A stretch of 64,000 bases of DNA from Octopus bimaculoides. Its lineage: Eukaryota. Of this stretch, positions 1 to 12,897 are shown piece after piece. The stretch spans positions 50,092,364 through 50,156,363 of the forward strand of contig NC_068998.1 in NCBI RefSeq assembly GCF_001194135.2. Direction: 5' to 3'. The notes beneath the pieces were generated by a model. That model ran no database searches. It saw only the letters and a list, made by a program, of their open reading frames with translations, and was not told where the DNA came from. Position 1 is the stretch's first letter, and each line of letters starts with the position of its first letter. The position numbers and the translations under genes were made by a program.

Positions 1-25
1 TCTATCTATCTATCTATCTATGTAA

Positions 26-89
<64 letters not shown>

Positions 90-93
90 GTAA

Positions 94-145
<52 letters not shown>

Positions 146-180
146 GTAACTATATATTTATCTATCTATCTATCTATCTT

Positions 181-219
<39 letters not shown>

Positions 220-298
220 GTCGATCTATCTATCTTTCTATCTATCTATCTATCTATCTATCTATATGTATGTCTGTTTGTCTATCTATCTATCTATG
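1..298. repeat. (TCTA)n microsatellite
   Basis: Direct tetranucleotide repeat with periodic TGTAAC interruptions. Confidence 0.98.
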
Positions 299-715
299 CA
301 ATTATGTATATGGAAGAGGAAAATATATCTTTATCTATCTGAATATCCTTATTAGGGTAAAAAACAGTTTGTTACCAACTGTTTTAACAGTCTATTTTAT
401 TGAGAAGTAATAAAAAGATGACTAAATTATGTACAAAACATATGTTGCACAGTATTTCATTATTGAAGATGGAAAGATATGCGAGGAAAATTTTAATTAA
501 TGAGCAACGAGTTTAATGTCGAGTACCGCGATGGGATTCTCACAATTTATTTTTCATGTCACTTTGGTAACGATTTGCGTCGTATTATTTTATTTTCATT
601 GTATATTAATTGCAGTTTTTATATCATTTTTCTCTTTTTATTTTTCTATGACATTTCACTATTTATATACATGAATGCATATACATATGTATCTATATAT
701 AAGTATATATGCATA

Positions 716-941
716 TACCAATGGTGGTAAAAAAAATTCCTGGCTTTCAGGGTGTCGCAAAAGGAGTAGCTAGAGGTCCAACACTGCGCGTTCATTTAGA
801 AGGCTTATAATATAAGAAGGAACGATGCAATACATGGGTGAATCGCTCTGGGATATATGCTGATAAAACAAAATAATTAACTGATACTCATACTATTTCT
901 TTTTACACAAAGCCAGGAAGATTTTACCCCCCCCCCTCGTA
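716..941. mobile_element. Short mariner-derived non-autonomous element
   Basis: TA-flanked imperfect terminal inverted repeats (TTCCTGGCTTT ... AAAGCCAGGAA); the right end is the reverse complement of TACGAGGGGG. Confidence 0.6.
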
Positions 942-1008
942 TCTATAAATTGATTCCACATTCAAAAATCTATTACTTAACATTAGAATTGAGCGTATTT
1001 ATACCCAG

Positions 1009-1081
1009 GGCATGCATGGCTTAATGGTACAGATTAATCAGATGTCATCTGGATGTTACGGACTTCGAATCTGTGTAGCCA
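1009..1081 (+). pseudogene. Possible degenerate exon 3 of an upstream family member
   Basis: Acceptor context cccag|GGCA resembles family exon 3 starts. With one 1-nt frameshift it reads ACMA-MVQINQMSSGCYGLRICVA, placing GC at the Cys5 position, but Cys4 is absent. It is truncated by an N-gap. Confidence 0.25.
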
Positions 1082-2461
1082 NNNNNNNNNNNNNNNNNNN
1101 NNNNNNNNNNNNNNNNNNNNNNNNNNNNNNNNNNNNNNNNNNNNNNNNNNNNNNNNNNNNNNNNNNNNNNNNNNNNNNNNNNNNNNNNNNNNNNNNNNNN
1201 NNNNNNNNNNNNNNNNNNNNNNNNNNNNNNNNNNNNNNNNNNNNNNNNNNNNNNNNNNNNNNNNNNNNNNNNNNNNNNNNNNNNNNNNNNNNNNNNNNNN
1301 NNNNNNNNNNNNNNNNNNNNNNNNNNNNNNNNNNNNNNNNNNNNNNNNNNNNNNNNNNNNNNNNNNNNNNNNNNNNNNNNNNNNNNNNNNNNNNNNNNNN
1401 NNNNNNNNNNNNNNNNNNNNNNNNNNNNNNNNNNNNNNNNNNNNNNNNNNNNNNNNNNNNNNNNNNNNNNNNNNNNNNNNNNNNNNNNNNNNNNNNNNNN
1501 NNNNNNNNNNNNNNNNNNNNNNNNNNNNNNNNNNNNNNNNNNNNNNNNATGACGTAGGAGATGGAAGTGAAAGCCAAATTCCAATGCACATCTCTTGAGA
1601 AGAGAATGTACTATTAGCTGTAAAAGCCGCCATTAATGTGTCTCTAGATGCTCTCACTGAAGTTGGGTTTGGTGTGTGAACACATAATTAGCTTCTAGAT
1701 TTGATATGGTCGTAATTGGGAGGGTTTCTGTGTTTATTTTGTAGTCATTTGGGAATTAACGTCAAAAGATTTGTTTGAAAGCAGGAAATATTCAGCAAAC
1801 GAAAGTTTATAGAAAATGGCTTGATTATAGACAATGGCAAATAAGAACATTAACAAAGGATAATACACAAGAATTTGAGTCTTATCCTCACATACACATT
1901 CATCGGTAGGAAATAGGATTTTATTTTCTATGCACATATAAATGTCCGTCAAGCATTTCATATCCGAAAAATCGGAGATATTAATGAGGTTTTAGTAATA
2001 TTGAAGGAAGGGAATATGAAGTGATTTTCTTTCAGATTAAGGGAGATATATTATAGCTTTTAATTAGCTATTTCCGAGACGATAAACTAAGTAATCGATT
2101 ATAATAAATTACTAAATGTGATCTTTAGTTGTACATTATATGCTAGAGAACAACAATAACTATTCCATAGTTCACTAGTTCTGGTAAATAGCAAATAAAT
2201 TTGTGAAAACGTGATTTAATACAGCTTATATTAGTCTTTACCTTATTACTAAGCATTTCACTTGCATTGTACACTAATGAACAATGACCTTGCACATACA
2301 AACGCTCATATGCGCTTCTATATACATACATAGATACATACATAGATACATACATACATACATAAACACGTATGTGTCTGTATGTATATATAAACGTAAC
2401 AAACCCTGTCTGCATTTTATGCAATGACGTAACTTTATCTGGGATACGTACATACATATAT

Positions 2462-2672
<211 letters not shown>

Positions 2673-4062
2673 ATCAATGTTCCAATCACTCAGTATGTTT
2701 CTTTTTAACACATACACACACACAAATATACACACATGCACACTCACAGACACTTAGAGCGAGAGAGGCCGACAGAGAGATAGACGACAGACAGACAGAC
2801 AGACCGACAGATAGATAGATAGATATAACGCTTGAACAACTTTAGAATGAATTTAAGATAATTTGTTCTATTGTAAACAAAGAGTGGTTTTTCTATTAAT
2901 AATTCTTTCAAATTTCATTTTAAAGCCAACACTTTTATAGGTTTATATATGCATTGATTTTAAGTATTTACATCCCACCTAGACAATATAGTTTAACTGT
3001 TCACCACAACGATCGATATAATTCATTAACAATTCTTCAGAAATCTAATCTATGTAGAAAGAATAACTTTAAATATTTGTTTTTATTAGATTACTATTCG
3101 GATCATTTCTCAACGATTTCTGTAACTATATCTTTGCAAAATAATATATTGAGCACAATAATATAACGTTATTATTATATTAACAATAGCAATTAATATT
3201 AAAGAGACAGAATTTATTTAATTTCAAAACAAGTGGATTTTTATAGAGAGCTAATAGCGATACAGTGCTATATATCGTTAGTGAATGGTCTGGCTTTTTA
3301 CAGAAATCCAATAATATAATTTAGTGCCAGAAATACTTGACACCTTATGTATTCAATGTATAACTTATGCAATCATGTGTGCGAAACTCTTAGTCAGTGT
3401 TACTGCAATATCTTTTCACACACCAGTGCGGTAATAGTTGTAGTTTCGAATAACATAAAATCTGAATTATCAACATTATAATTTCAGTAAAATATGAAAC
3501 CATGTGTAAATTGTGCATTCAAATNNNNNNNNNNNNNNNNNNNNNNNNNNNNNNNNNNNNNNNNNNNNNNNNNNNNNNNNNNNNNNNNNNNNNNNNNNNN
3601 NNNNNNNNNNNNNNNNNNNNNNNNNNNNNNNNNNNNNNNNNNNNNNNNNNNNNNNNNNNNNNNNNNNNNNNNNNNNNNNNNNNNNNNNNNNNNNNNNNNN
3701 NNNNNNNNNNNNNNNNNNNNNNNNNNNNNNNNNNNNNNNNNNNNNNNNNNNNNNNNNNNNNNNNNNNNNNNNNNNNNNNNNNNNNNNNNNNNNNNNTTCT
3801 CACCCATCGTCAAAATCTGCGTGAGCTGAATCTTCTTATCATTAGAAGATACACGTTTCACACAATCTCATACATACTGGATTAATAGAAACAACTTACG
3901 TTTCGCATTCAGCTGTGCGCCTAATGTTAAATAGATTTTTATGAAAGCATCTAAATCGTGAGAATAGGCAGGATTCTGGTATAGAGTTAACAATGAATTC
4001 CTTAATTCTTAAATAGTCATGAATTTATATAGTCTTCTAAAGCTTTCTATTTTCTTTTACAG

Positions 4063-4260
4063 GTTATTTTTCAAACAATATTTGTGGCTGCAGTTCTATT
4101 CATAATGTTATTTCGTAAATTGAATAAATTGACTAAATTGAATGTTACTATGAGAGCATATTCATATTTTGTTGTGTTTTTATTCAATAAACAAACAGTG
4201 TATGAAAGCAACATCCAAATTATGTATCTCTACGACTGTCATAGAATATATAGGCTCTAA
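4063..4260 (+). other. Duplicate of gene B terminal exon (B') inside a recent tandem duplication
   Basis: Same acceptor (ttcttttacag) and 65-codon open frame (VIFQTIFVAAVLFIMLFRKLNK...) as 11383-11580. Upstream exons are not visible; they may lie in the N-gap at 3525-3796. Confidence 0.8.
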
Positions 4261-5932
4261 TGGAATGGGTTACGAAATGTAGAGACGAAAACAACCCACC
4301 GGTGCCCGCACGGGTACATACACACGTGCTCGCGCACGCAAAGGCAAGCTTGTATACGTACAAGAACTGGAATGAGTCACCTTCCTTAATTTGCTTTTCT
4401 AATAAACAGATGAACGTTTGAAGTCTAGTAAATCTCGTGTCATCTTCCTCGGACTCGTCCAGGTGCAATCCAATCACTTCAAAAGAAGAAACAATGGAGA
4501 GGAATATATCGGGTGAATTCCAGGAAGCATAGAAGCTTTGAAGCATGTGGTGTCCCTATGGATACTGCTGCTGGTGGTTTATTCTATGACTTATCATTTC
4601 TAAGCTTGAAATGTCATTTCCTAATGTCATGGGCACTGTGTCGTATTTGATTTTGTAAGCATGTCTGCAAGTGACATATGAGAATCAAAAATGTTCCCAA
4701 GATTGTTGTTGGATAAAGTTGAGAGCATCAGCCAATTCACTTGCCAGATGTCGGAGCGTTAATGTATTGAAGCCCAGGAATTAAGACGTTTAAAGTATGG
4801 TAGATGCACAAGGGTGGTTAGTCGCTTGATTTCCCATTTCATGGTTCCAGACTAGTGACAGAAATTCTGAGTGTGGACATAACATAATCATTTACAGCTT
4901 TAAATATATAGCTGGAGAGCCACTAAAAAGGTCTTACTGAGAGATGCGACGAAACCTGCAGCATTCTTTACCATCTCAGAGATGTGGCGTATCCTACGCA
5001 GATCGCTGTTTACAATGATACCGACGTGACGTTCACTAACAGACTTTTAAGATTGGTGTTATTGAGGGACTATGTAGCATCTGATTCTTTCCTCCAAAGC
5101 GCATAATGAAACCTTTGTCCACAGCTAACTAAAAATTTCAGTCGGTAATCCATTGCTACAGTCTGTCCAGGCCTGATTGCAGGCNNNNNNNNNNNNNNNN
5201 NNNNNNNNNNNNNNNNNNNNNNNNNNNNNNNNNNNNNNNNNNNNNNNNNNNNNNNNNNNNNNNNNNNNNNNNNNNNNNNNNNNNNNNNNNNNNNNNNNNN
5301 NNNNNNNNNNNNNNNNNNNNNNNNNNNNNNNNNNNNNNNNNNNNNNNNNNNNNNNNNNNNNNNNNNNNNNNNNNNNNNNNNNNNNNNNNNNNNNNNNNNN
5401 NNNNNNNNNNNNNNNNNNNNNNNNNNNNNNNNNNNNNNNNNNNNNNNNNNNNNNNNNNNNNNNNNNNNNNNNNNNNNNNNNNNNNNNNNNNNNNNNNNNN
5501 NNNNNNNNNNNNNNNNNNNNNNNNNNNNNNNNNNNNNNNNNNNNNNNNNNNNNNNNNNNNNNNNNNNNNNNNNNNNNNNNNNNNNNNNNNNNNNNNNNNN
5601 NNNNNNNNNNNNNNNNNNNNNNNNNNNNNNNNNNNNNNNNNNNNNNNNNNNNNNNNNNNNNNNNNNNNNNNNNNNNNNNNNNNNNNNNNNNNNNNNNNNN
5701 NNNNNNNNNNNNNNNNNNNNNNNNNNNNNNNNNNNNNNNNNNNNNNNNNNNNNNNNNNNNNNNNNNNNNNNNNNNNNNNNNNNNNNNNNNNNNNNNNNNN
5801 NNNNNNNNNNNNNNNNNTATATATATATATATATATATATATGGGAGAATATACAAATAATAACAACAGACGAGGACAGGTTGTGTAAATAACAAAAGTA
5901 TATATTAGTATGACGCTCGGGAATACGGAAAG

Positions 5933-5969
5933 TCTTTGACGTTTCGAGCTACGCTCTTCAACAGAAAGA
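5933..5969 (-). ncRNA. Minimal type I hammerhead-ribozyme-like motif in a Penelope-like repeat
   Basis: Minus strand reads UCUUU-CUGUUGA-A-GAGC(GUA)GCUC-GAAAC-GUC-AAAGA. Stems I and II pair and stem III is the palindromic AC/GU type. The core is a variant (CUGUUGA versus CUGANGA, plus one extra A). Confidence 0.45.
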
Positions 5970-8567
5970 ATACGGAGACAAGGAGAAAAACACGGAGAAA
6001 TATATATATCAGTGGCCAGTATATGAAAAATACTTTTTTATGGTGAAAATTATAAATACAATTATAAGTATAGGGAAATGGAAAAAAGACATTTTTGCCA
6101 ATGAGCTTTAAATTAGACAGTAAATCGCCTAGACACATAAAACATTTTCAATTGTATGTTTTATTCCACGTGCTGAAACGAGTACAGCAGGCAAACATAT
6201 TAAAGAGACAGAATTTATTTTATTTCAAAGCAAGTGGATTTTTATAGAGAGCTAATAGCGATACAGTGCTATATATCGTTAGTGAATGGTCTGGCTTTTT
6301 ACAGAAATCCAATAATATAATTTAGTGCCAGAAATATTTGACACCTTATGTATTCAATGTATAACTTATGCCATCATCTGTGCGATACTCTTAGTCAGTG
6401 TTACTGCAATATCTTTTCACACACCAGTGCGGTAATAGTTGTAGTTTCGAATAACATAAACTCTGAAATATCAACATTATAATTTAAGTAAAATATGAAA
6501 CCATGTGTAAATTGTGCATTCAAATAATGATGTTACGTAACAGTCATTTTTTTCAAAACTAGAAGCACATAGTAATTTAGGTTATGAACTAATGTGTGGC
6601 ACGAACATTTGGTCAGTATAAACAAGTCACTTCTGCAACTCATCAAGCAAAATCCTGAACGCTTATATTTGTTCTTGGCATATTCAGAATAATCAGGAAA
6701 GCATTAGGGTAGCTGAAGAGAACGAATAGAATGGTACCGCAGGCTGCGCGTAGTAAGCCCGCTACGTATGCAAGACTCCATGTGCTCCAGTAAAACATGT
6801 GACAAAGGAAATAATAAAAATAATGTATATGTATATAAATATATATATATATATATATANNNNNNNNNNNNNNNNNNNNNNNNNNNNNNNNNNNNNNNNN
6901 NNNNNNNNNNNNNNNNNNNNNNNNNNNNNNNNNNNNNNNNNNNNNNNNNNNNNNNNNNNNNNNNNNNNNNNNNNNNNNNNNNNNNNNNNNNNNNNNNNNN
7001 NNNNNNNNNNNNNNNNNNNNNNNNNNNNNNNNNNNNNNNNNNNNNNNNNNNNNNNNNNNNNNNNNNNNNNNNNNNNNNNNNNNNNNNNNNNNNNNNNNNN
7101 NNNNNNNNNNNNNNNNNNNNNNNNNNNNNNNNNNNNNNNNNNNNNNNNNNNNNNNNNNNNNNNNNNNNNNNNNNNNNNNNNNNNNNNNNNNNNNNNNNNN
7201 NNNNNNNNNNNNNNNNNNNNNNNNNNNNNNNNNNNNNNNNNNNNNNNNNNNNNNNNNNNNNNNNNNNNNNNNNNNNNNNNNNNNNNNNNNNNNNNNNNNN
7301 NNNNNNNNNNNNNNNNNNNNNNNNNNNNNNNNNNNNNNNNNNNNNNNNNNNNNNNNNNNNNNNNNNNNNNNNNNNNNNNNNNNNNNNNNNNNNNNNNNNN
7401 NNNNNNNNNNNNNNNNNNNNNNNNNNNNNNNNNNNNNNNNNNNNNNNNNNNNNNNNNNNNNNNNNNNNNNNNNNNNNNNNNNNNNNNNNNNNNNNNNNNN
7501 NNNNNNNNNNNNNNNNNNNNNNNNNNNNNNNNNNNNNNNNNNNNNNNNNNNNNNNNNNNNNNNNNNNNNNNNNNNNNNNNNNNNNNNNNNNNNNNNNNNN
7601 NNNNNNNNNNNNNNNNNNNNNNNNNNNNNNNNNNNNNNNNNNNNNNNNNNNNNNNNNNNNNNNNNNNNNNNNNNNNNNNNNNNNNNNNNNNNNNNNNNNN
7701 NNNNNNNNNNNNNNNNNNNNNNNNNNNNNNNNNNNNNNNNNNNNNNNNNNNNNNNNNNNNNNNNNNNNNNNNNNNNNNNNNNNNNNNNNNNNNNNNNNNN
7801 NNNNNNNNNNNNNNNNNNNTATATATATATATATATATATGTATATATGCAGAATTTTCATTTGCAGAGAAATATTCTGACGTCTAAATGACAAGGTGAC
7901 GACTCACCGTAGATCACAATGTTTGTAGGATTTATTTCATGATAATAAACAAACGTTACACGATGAATGACAAAATATAGTTGAATGCCTTTCGCTAATT
8001 CATCAACAGACGACGTCGACTTTTCACACGAATGAGAAAGATGAAATCTTCGATATTTGTTTTTCTACTTCATATTGGTAACAATTACTGCTTCGTTTTT
8101 CCGACTTCCGATATAAGATACTGATTACATTTTAGCACGACTTCTAATATACCATCTGTCGTCTTACTTACATAATAACTGTAATATTATATGTGAATTT
8201 ACAAACTTAATTATATTCTGTATGTGTACAACGTGTATTTTTTAAATATGTTGAAATATCCCCAGTTATCGCACAATCATTATGTATGTTTATATGTATA
8301 TGTACATACACATTTATGCATGCATACATACACCGACACAAGTACATGGACTCAACACACACATACGCATACACACAAACGCAGGCATAAGCGTTTGAAT
8401 ATGCATCCATAAGTGTCATTTAACATATGCGTTCCAGAAGATGGATGTCCGATATTTTATTTTCTAAGGAGGTAAATCGCGGTGCGTTTGTGTCAATTCC
8501 CATATGTTATTCATGAAAATATTACAAGTTTATGCGCATTTGTTTTCACGTAAGTACTTCAGAGACC

Positions 8568-11500
8568 ATGTATTTTTTCTGCTATTATAATTTATATATT
8601 ATTGATTGCTAAGTGCAGAGAAGTCACCATTATTGAAACAGTTATGGGTACCGAGTACAATTTAGCTGGCTGCAGAATGAAACAGTAGAAATACGAAATG
8701 AGGCATTTAGCAATAACAGCATTAGCAAGAGGCAGACTATAATCCGGAGTAACCATATAAATGCATTATACAATGAAATAAACAGGTTTAATAAACTTTT
8801 CGAAAGCAGAATCGAATTTACCCATAATGTACACAGTTAATAACACACAACATCGAACCTACTAAAAGACAGGGGCAAAGTCAAGATTCAAGGAGTGAAG
8901 TATTATAGGGCCAAATGTCACGTGATGATTACTATCATGAAGTGAAATAAGAATCCCTTCCACTGAAATTTAACCCCTCTTCATAAATATAACTACTTAA
9001 ATAGTTTATTGCAAATCACTTGAAAGGTAAAAGTTACCAAAGAACTTGCAAATGATTCCACACTACAATTTCCTCAATCACATACAAAAGCTCTAAGAAT
9101 TCGTCTGCTTCTTCTTCATATTGCACACACATTGGTGCCATGAAATGACTAACATTTATTTTCAAACAGGTGCTGCGGTATCAATGAGCCATTGTAATTT
9201 GATGGCTAATCAACGTTGCCCTGCATCTTATTATGGATATAACAATAAGGATGCATTTTGCAGGTTTGTATTTTCTCATACTCATATTATTACGATTAAT
9301 ATTTTCATTTATGTTGATTCTTATATATCTCACCCATAGAGATATGAACAGAAGTACTATTTACAACATTTAGCTTCCGTGTTCAACTCCATTAAAATCT
9401 GAAAATCTAAGTCAAGATTTCCACACAGAAATTCATAGTGTTTGAATATAAAAATAAAAACAAAATTTCATGGTTTTCGTTCTAAAATTAACAAAATATT
9501 ATTTCTTCGTATTTTACAGGCATTTTAATGAACCTCACTCATGTTATCGTTCAATTAGTAAGAAATGTACATCATACTTCAAAACAATAAACCACAATAT
9601 GTGTCCGGTGAGATATTTATACTATCCCCTTTTCTGAACCCGCAGGGTCTGTGAAGTTAAACTTTCCATTATGAGTGAGTTCTTATCGCTAACATATATT
9701 TCTTTAGATACTTCCGACGAAATACTGATGATACTTTTCCGTACTGTTTACCTTCCGTTACACCGGGTTCAAATTCCAACGATTCCAACTTCGAATGCAA
9801 TTCTTTTGACTTTGATAAAATATAATGTACCATAGAAGGGGTGATTTCAATTTTATCGACTAAATATCTCTGAAATTTCCAGACATTTCACCGCAATCAG
9901 AAACCATTATTTAATTTCGGGAGTGGCAATCTGACAGTCGCTACAGAGCCACTATTTGGTTCGTAGCTTCAAATTTCTATTCATTTGAGCTCTCAAAATT
10001 TGAATCATGCGTGTTCAAATCTCACTGAGATATTCTTACACAATGAAGTCCTTTTTCATATATTAGTTTCAAAACTGTAGCCCGGCACACCGCCGAATTG
10101 TTGGCTTGGACGTAAAATTATTCGGCTAACGTTCCATATGGAACCTGTCTACCTAAGTACAACAATTGTGGTTATGAACAATTTTGGGCGATTTGAAAAC
10201 TTCAAGCATGATTATGACCATGGAATAAGAATAAGGTAAAGGGATGCTGTCTCTATTATGGCCTTATTCATATTTATTCATATATTATCGCACACACATA
10301 CAATCAGCCATACAGAGTTTTGATTCGTTACACTTATAACGAGGCAGATGTGATAGGATCGACATTTAACTCGGTATGATACATTTGATTTGCAAATAAC
10401 GATAAATACTCCACAGGTGTCCGTTATCTAGAGTTGCTTTCATGGAAAAACAAAACAAAACGCAGCTCCGATAACGGATAGAGTGAATGACTGTTGAAGA
10501 TGTTACAAGAAGCACCGAAAATTTTATAATAATAAATAAGTAAATGAGTTTAAATCGAACAAATGAGAGTGTTATTTAATAATACGTTAAAACAGAATGA
10601 CTCTCCCCAGACACAATAAAATATACTTCAACACACGAATTCACATGCAGAATCTTGCAAACCAAATACAAAACCCAAATTCCCTAAGTTTTGTTTTCTG
10701 ACTAATACGTTTATATTATTTCAAAATATTTTTTTCAGCGAAGTAAATCAAGTTTCGTCACTAGTGGCATGAATCTCGTATTACCAGCATTACAAGTGAT
10801 ATCAGCATTGTATTACTCTGTTCCAAGTCTACGTTTGGAGGCCTATACAGTGACATACAAGATATTAATGAGCACTAACTAATCATTGAATATAACGTAA
10901 GTTATATACAGCCAATTTACACAATAATTCTAATTTCAAGCAGTGATAGGTGTCAGTAAGCGGATAGCGATGCTCTTCTAGAATGAAGTTATTTTAAGCC
11001 TGCGGCCCTTATTGCATTGTGAGCCTGCATTAAGGACGATATTTCCTATATTGCGGTACTTAAAACACGTAAAAGAAAGAAAGCGCTACCAGCACATCTT
11101 TTGTTCTGACACGCACTTCTCACCCATCGTCAAAATCTGCGTGAGCTGAATCTTCTTATCATTAGAAGATACACGTTTCACACAATCTCATACATACTGG
11201 ATTAATAAAAACAACTTACGTTTCGCATTCAGCTGTGCGCCTAATGTTAAATAGATTTTTATGAAAGCATCTAAATCGTGAGAAGAGGCAGAATTCTGGT
11301 ATAGAGTTAACAATGAATTCCTTAATTCTTAAATAGTCATGAATTTATATAGTCTTCTAAAGCTTTCTATTTTCTTTTACAGGTTATTTTTCAAACAATA
11401 TTTCTGGCTGCAGTTCTATTCATAATGTTATTTCGTAAATTGAATAAATTGAATAAATTGAACGTTACTATGAGAGCATATCCATATTTTCTTGTGTTTT

Positions 11501-11580
11501 TATTCAATAAACAAACAGTGTATGAAAGCAACATCCAAATTATGTATCTCTACGACTGTCATAGAATATATAGGCTCTAA
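8568..11580 (+). pseudogene. Gene B: small 6-Cys GPI-type family member, probably damaged
   Basis: Exon 2 9170-9263 (GAAVSMSHCNLMANQRCPASYYGYNNKDAFC) and exon 3 9520-9607 (RHFNEPHSCYRSISKKCTSYFKTINHNMCP) have AG/GT borders and family phases. Exon 5 starts at 11383 (VIFQTIFLAAVLFIMLFRK) but has no stop until 11578-11580. The homologous exon 1 (8568-8608) has one extra T and a CTAAGT donor. Exon 4 is uncertain; a candidate at 10739-10777 (RSKSSFVTSGMNL) has a weak donor. Confidence 0.7.
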
Positions 11581-12897
11581 TGGAGCGGGTTACGAAAAGT
11601 AGAGACGAAAACAACCCACCGTTGCACGCAAAGGCAAGCTTGTATACGTACAAGAACTGGAATGAGTCACCTTCTTTAATTTGCTTTTCTAATAAACAGA
11701 TGAACGTTTGAAGTCTAGTAAATCTCGTGTCATCTTACTCGGACTCGTCCAGGTGCAATCCAATCACTTCAAAAGAAGAAACAATGGAGAGGAATATATC
11801 GGGTGAATTCCAGGAAGCATAGAAGCTTTGAAGCATGTGGTGTCCCTACGGATACTGCTGCTGGTGGTTTATTCTATGATTTAGCATTTCTAAGCTTGAA
11901 AAGTTATTTCCTAATGTCATGGACGCTGTGTTGCATTTGATTTTGTAAGCATGTCTGCAAGTGACATATGGGAATCAAAAATGTTCCCAAGATTGTTGTT
12001 GGATAAAGTTGAGAGCATCGGCCAATTCACTTGCCAGATGTCGGAGCGTTAATGTATTGAAACCCAGGAATTAAGACGTTTAAAGTATGGTAGATGCACA
12101 AGGGTGGTAGTCGCTTGATTTCACATTTCATGGTTCCAGACTAGTGACAGAAATTCTGAGTGTGGACATAACATAATCATTTACAGCTTTAAATATATAG
12201 CTGGAGAGCCACTAAAAAGGTCTTACTGAGAGATGCGAGGAAACCTGCAGCATTCTTTACCATCTCAGAGATGTGGCGTATCCTACGCAGATCGCTGTTT
12301 ACAATGATACCGACGTGACGTTCACTAACAGACTTTTAAGATTGGTGTTATTGAGGGACTATGTAGCATCTGATTCTTTCCTCCACAGCGCATAATGAAA
12401 CCTTTGTCCACAGCTAACTAAAATTTTCAGTCGGTAATCCATTGCTACAGTCTGTCCAGGCTTGATTGCAGGCAAAATCGATAGTGAATAGCAACTGTTC
12501 TTTTTTATCAATTCTTGACACACTGTAGTAATACTCTATGATATTGTTTCTTCAATGGAGAATACACGTAATAAAATACCTTAGAATGTGTAACCCATGG
12601 AAATTTCACTTCAATATTCATGTAAAGTATCGGTTATTACGTTTGTTACTCGACGAATTTAGCCATAGAATACGCAATAAATACTTCTTAATGAGAAATA
12701 TATTAACATAGTTACATTAAGCACGACAGGCAAAATATAACTCTCGACAAATAATTTGTTATCATGACAATAAATAATGGATGTCAACACATTGAATTCT
12801 GGGTAAAACACATGTTACGTTATATTTATGTATACAAGATATAACATTGTCGATGTGTCGTATAGATTACCAGACGTGGTATTTGAGAGTCAACACC

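Larger units (their letters stand above)
3196..6197 (+). repeat. First copy of a recent tandem segmental duplication of unit 6197-13188
   Basis: 3196-3524 matches 6197-6525, 3797-5184 matches 11117-12473, and ~6043-6197 matches 13034-13188. Copies differ by scattered SNPs and one ~30 bp indel. Confidence 0.8.

Noticed and set aside
4220-4546. 108-aa minus-strand ORF
   Set aside because: No recognisable motif, and the duplicate near 11540-11850 carries a ~30 bp indel; no coding support.
9929-9959. Alternative exon 4 candidate for gene B (SLQSHYL, GTTCGT donor)
   Set aside because: Weak acceptor and no similarity to family exon 4; left unresolved.
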